NCBI GenBank assembly: GCA_027493375.1
Contig: JAPVWO010000240.1
Span: forward strand, 175-64,174
DNA length: 64,000 nt
Direction: 5' to 3'
Source of the DNA: Candidatus Multivorans thiocomprendens
GTDB taxonomy: Bacteria; Acidobacteriota; Thermoanaerobaculia; Multivoradales; Multivoraceae
Each line of letters starts with the position of its first letter. Position 1 is the first letter of the stretch. The position numbers were made by a program, and so were the translations under genes. Below are positions 61,601 to 64,000 of the stretch, one piece after another. Under the pieces are notes generated by a model. That model was not told the DNA's origin. It searched no databases and saw only the letters and a program-made list of their open reading frames with translations.

Positions 61601-62188
61601 CTACCCATGCCCTTCGCCGGGCTCGTGTTGGCAGCCGCGGAAGCGCTCCACGCGCACCCGGTCCGGCAGCCCGAGGGCTTCGGTCCGGCCCACCTTCGAG
61701 GTGTAGAACGCGAACAGCGTACGCCGCTTGAGGTCGCTGAAGAAGGCGGCGCCGGCGAGGAGTTCCGGTGCGTGTTCCTCGTGCTCGTCGCTGATCTCAC
61801 GCAACACGTCGAGTTGCTGGTCGCCGCTGAGCGCCAGGAAGGAAGAGCCGTGCAGCTCCGCTGCGCGGCGGTCGATCCAGTCCAGGCCGCCGGTCGCCTG
61901 GAGCTGCTCGTCGCCGTCGGCGAGCGAGAGCTCGAGGTCGATGAACTCGTGGACGCCGGCGTCGCGGGCGCCGGGCGTGTCCGTGCGCGGCAGGATGTGC
62001 TCGCAGAGTGTGGCCAGCAGCTCTCCCTGGGCGGGCGTCAGCAGCCGGGGGGTCCAGCCGGAGCCCTCGGCCTGGTAGGCGGCCACCGCCGGGATCGCGG
62101 CGCGAATCGGCTCGGCCTGCAGCGTGGCGTAGCCGAAGGCGCCGGCGCCGGCGGCCAGGACCTTGCGCCTCGTCGTCCGCTTGCTCAT
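61601..62188 (-). CDS. gluconate 2-dehydrogenase subunit 3-family protein (Tat-exported small subunit)
   Basis: The ATG at 62188 forms an ATGA overlap with the GMC gene stop. It has a Tat signal MSKRTTRRKVLAAGAGAFGYA and is 195 aa. The rest of the 637-aa track ORF is wrong-frame read-through. Confidence 0.8.
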   Translation of the reverse strand: MSKRTTRRKVLAAGAGAFGYATLQAEPIRAAIPAVAAYQAEGSGWTPRLLTPAQGELLATLCEHILPRTDTPGARDAGVHEFIDLELSLADGDEQLQATGGLDWIDRRAAELHGSSFLALSGDQQLDVLREISDEHEEHAPELLAGAAFFSDLKRRTLFAFYTSKVGRTEALGLPDRVRVERFRGCQHEPGEGHG

Positions 62189-63879
62189 GCGAGTTCTCCC
62201 CGCTTGTGCTGGTCGATCAGGTACTCGGTGGAGCGCAGCGCCAGCGACATCATCGTCAGCGTCGGGTTGACGCAGCCGATGCTCACGTAGCAGGAGCCGT
62301 CCATCACGAACAGGTTCTTCACCGTGTGGGACTGCTGGTACTGGTTCAGGTAGGAGGTTCCCGGATCGTCGCCCATGCGCGCCGTGCCGACCTCGTGGAT
62401 GCCCGAGCCGAGCGGTGCCGGCTCCGTGTTCTGGGTGATGTTCGTGCAGCCGAGCGCCTCCAGCATGGCCCGGCCTTCCGCGATGATGTCCTGCACCATC
62501 GCGTACTCGTTGCTGCCGAGCGTGCAGTTCATCTGCAGCACGGGCACGCCCCACCTGTCGGTCACGTCCGGATCGAGGGTGACGCGGTTCTCCGGCCGCG
62601 GCAGGATCTCGCCGAAGCCGCCGAGACCGATCGTCGAGACGGTGCTCGATTCGACCATCCGCTTGAAGTCGGCGCCGAAGCCTGGCAGGGAGCTGCCGTG
62701 TTGCCAGGTCGTGATGTTCTCGCCGCCCTGGTAGCCGTAGCCCCGGATGAAGCTCGGGTTTCTCGTCGCCGGGTCCTTCAGGTTCTGGAAACGGGGTATG
62801 TAGATCCCGTTCGGGCGGTTGGCACGCTCGGGTTGAGCGCCGGCCCTCGCTTCCAGGACGCCGCGCACCCCGGTCGCGTAGATGTGGTCCATCACGTAGC
62901 GGCCCAGGCAGTCGCTCTCGTTGGCGAGGCCGCCTTCCGCCGAGTTGAGCAGGATGCGGGTCGAAGCGAGGGTCGAGGCGCAGAGCACGACGATGTCGGC
63001 TTTCGCTTCCCGGGTCAGGTCCGACTTCTTGTCGACGTAGGTGACGCCCGAGGCGAGATCGCCTGCCTTCATGTCGACCTTGATGACCGCGGCATCCGGG
63101 ACCAGGGTGAACCGGCCGGTCGCTTCGCAGTCGACGAGGGTCGTCTGCGGCGAGTTGAAGTAGGAGTTCGTCCGGCAACCGTAGTGACAGGGGCCGCAGT
63201 AGTGGCACATGTCGCGGCCGTTGTGGCGGCGCGTGAGGACCGCGTTGCGGCCGATCGTCATCGGCCGGTTGAACTTCTCGGCCAGGGTCTCCTTCAGCAT
63301 CGCCTCGCCGCAGGTGAAGGCCATCGGCGGCAGGAACTCGCCGTCCGGCAGGATCTCCAGATCCTCCTTGCGGCCGTTGACGCCGATGTAGCGCTCCACC
63401 CGGTCGTAGTACGGGGCCAGGTCGGCGTAGCTGATCGGCCAGTCCATGCCGTAACCGTCGAGGCTGGCCGCCTTGAAGTCGTAGTCGCTCATCCGGTACG
63501 ACTGGCGCGCCCACATGATCGAGCGGCCGCCGACGACGTTGCCCTGGATCCAGTTGAAGTGGGTGCCGGGGGCCTCGGTGTAGGGGTTGTCGACGTCGTC
63601 GATGAAGAAGTCCGCGTTGACCTCGGTGCAGGCGTAGCAGTAGGACTGGCGGTGCCGGCGCTGGAGCAGTTCGTTGCGCGGGTCCGGGCGGCCTCGCAGT
63701 TCCATGTCGTGCGGCAGGGTGTGCTCGCGGAAGTCGGTGGCCGGGTCGAAGGCGCGGCCCGCCTCCAGCATCAGCACGTCCATGCCCGCTTCGGCCATCA
63801 CCTTGGCGGTCCAGCCGCCGGTGGCGCCGGAGCCGACGACGATCGCGTCGTAGGTCTTCGTGTCGGAGGTCTGCTTCAT
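62185..63879 (-). CDS. GMC-family FAD-dependent oxidoreductase (large subunit)
   Basis: The ATG at 63879 (aa 37) gives MKQTSDTKTYDAIVVGSGATGGWTAKVMAEAGMDVLMLEAG (GxGxxG Rossmann). The C-terminal region is GMC-type with ...GSGIHEVGTARMG.... Confidence 0.9.
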   Translation of the reverse strand: MKQTSDTKTYDAIVVGSGATGGWTAKVMAEAGMDVLMLEAGRAFDPATDFREHTLPHDMELRGRPDPRNELLQRRHRQSYCYACTEVNADFFIDDVDNPYTEAPGTHFNWIQGNVVGGRSIMWARQSYRMSDYDFKAASLDGYGMDWPISYADLAPYYDRVERYIGVNGRKEDLEILPDGEFLPPMAFTCGEAMLKETLAEKFNRPMTIGRNAVLTRRHNGRDMCHYCGPCHYGCRTNSYFNSPQTTLVDCEATGRFTLVPDAAVIKVDMKAGDLASGVTYVDKKSDLTREAKADIVVLCASTLASTRILLNSAEGGLANESDCLGRYVMDHIYATGVRGVLEARAGAQPERANRPNGIYIPRFQNLKDPATRNPSFIRGYGYQGGENITTWQHGSSLPGFGADFKRMVESSTVSTIGLGGFGEILPRPENRVTLDPDVTDRWGVPVLQMNCTLGSNEYAMVQDIIAEGRAMLEALGCTNITQNTEPAPLGSGIHEVGTARMGDDPGTSYLNQYQQSHTVKNLFVMDGSCYVSIGCVNPTLTMMSLALRSTEYLIDQHKRGELA

Positions 63880-63901
63880 GCGGGAGGGTCCTCGGCAGGA
63901 T

Positions 63902-64000
63902 CTAGCGGACGATCCGCTGTGTCGACGCCTCGACGTTGTACGGCAGAGCGTCGTCGCCCTCGAGCCCCAACCGCTCGTTGATCGCAAGCAGGTGGTGATC
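63902..64000 (-). CDS. 3' end of an unidentified gene (continues beyond the window)
   Basis: The minus-strand frame reads ...LLAINERLGLEGDDALPYNVEASTQRIVR* with TAG at 63902-63904. It is too short to assign. Confidence 0.3.
   Translation of the reverse strand, partial: DHHLLAINERLGLEGDDALPYNVEASTQRIVR

Noticed and set aside
1-64000. Search by eye for CRISPR arrays, rRNA, tRNA, IS elements, integrases, reverse transcriptases and phage structural genes
   Set aside because: I saw no regularly spaced direct repeats, no tRNA-like intergenic sequence and no transposase, integrase or RT-like ORF. Absence is by inspection only and should be confirmed with tRNAscan-SE, Infernal, ISEScan or minced.

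Overview
This is a very GC-rich bacterial chromosomal window (composition judged by eye, not computed), densely coding, with about 55 genes. I found no rRNA, tRNA, CRISPR array, transposase or integrase.

Layout:
- 1-21.3 kb: housekeeping and transport genes. These include a DPP-IV-type peptidase, an SSS symporter, a nitroreductase, TrkH, a PQQ dehydrogenase, an esterase, a MatB-like ligase, an SDR, a DUF3604 protein, DJ-1, SodC and a DAACS transporter.
- 21.3-34.6 kb: a minus-strand defence island built on one type I R-M system in the order hsdM ... hsdS ... hsdR. The three hsd genes are pushed apart by nested cargo: a Phd/VapC pair coupled to hsdM, two tandem PIN-plus-small-domain units, an ApeA-like HEPN protein coupled to a HicB-like/PIN pair, a ParB/Srx-domain protein, a small antitoxin-tail ORF overlapping hsdR, and decayed TA debris downstream.
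- 34.8-47.9 kb: a large cluster of PSCyt/DUF1549/DUF1553 and DUF1501 genes with a WD40 protein and a PPC-repeat protein.
- 47.9-56.5 kb: miscellaneous genes, namely an EEP/beta-lactamase-like fusion, two DUF4440 lipoproteins, a GST, an MFS transporter, a photolyase and a BamB-like propeller.
- 56.5-61.6 kb: a second small accessory patch with a dead Dam-like methyltransferase, VapBC, a GST, a dead dienelactone hydrolase, a HEPN/MNT pair, an orphan Phd and a GIY-YIG-like gene in an AT-richer patch.
- 61.6-64.0 kb: a GMC oxidoreductase with its small subunit.

The most interesting candidates are the uncharacterised cargo genes inside the R-M locus, at 24.7-28.8 kb and 30.8-32.0 kb.

A second recurring observation is that many otherwise well-conserved genes lack an internal or terminal block of roughly 0.1-0.3 kb. 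This is either real deletional decay or collapsed assembly gaps.

Many very long track ORFs are GC-driven artefacts, either antisense shadows or read-through across gene junctions, and I have split or rejected them.
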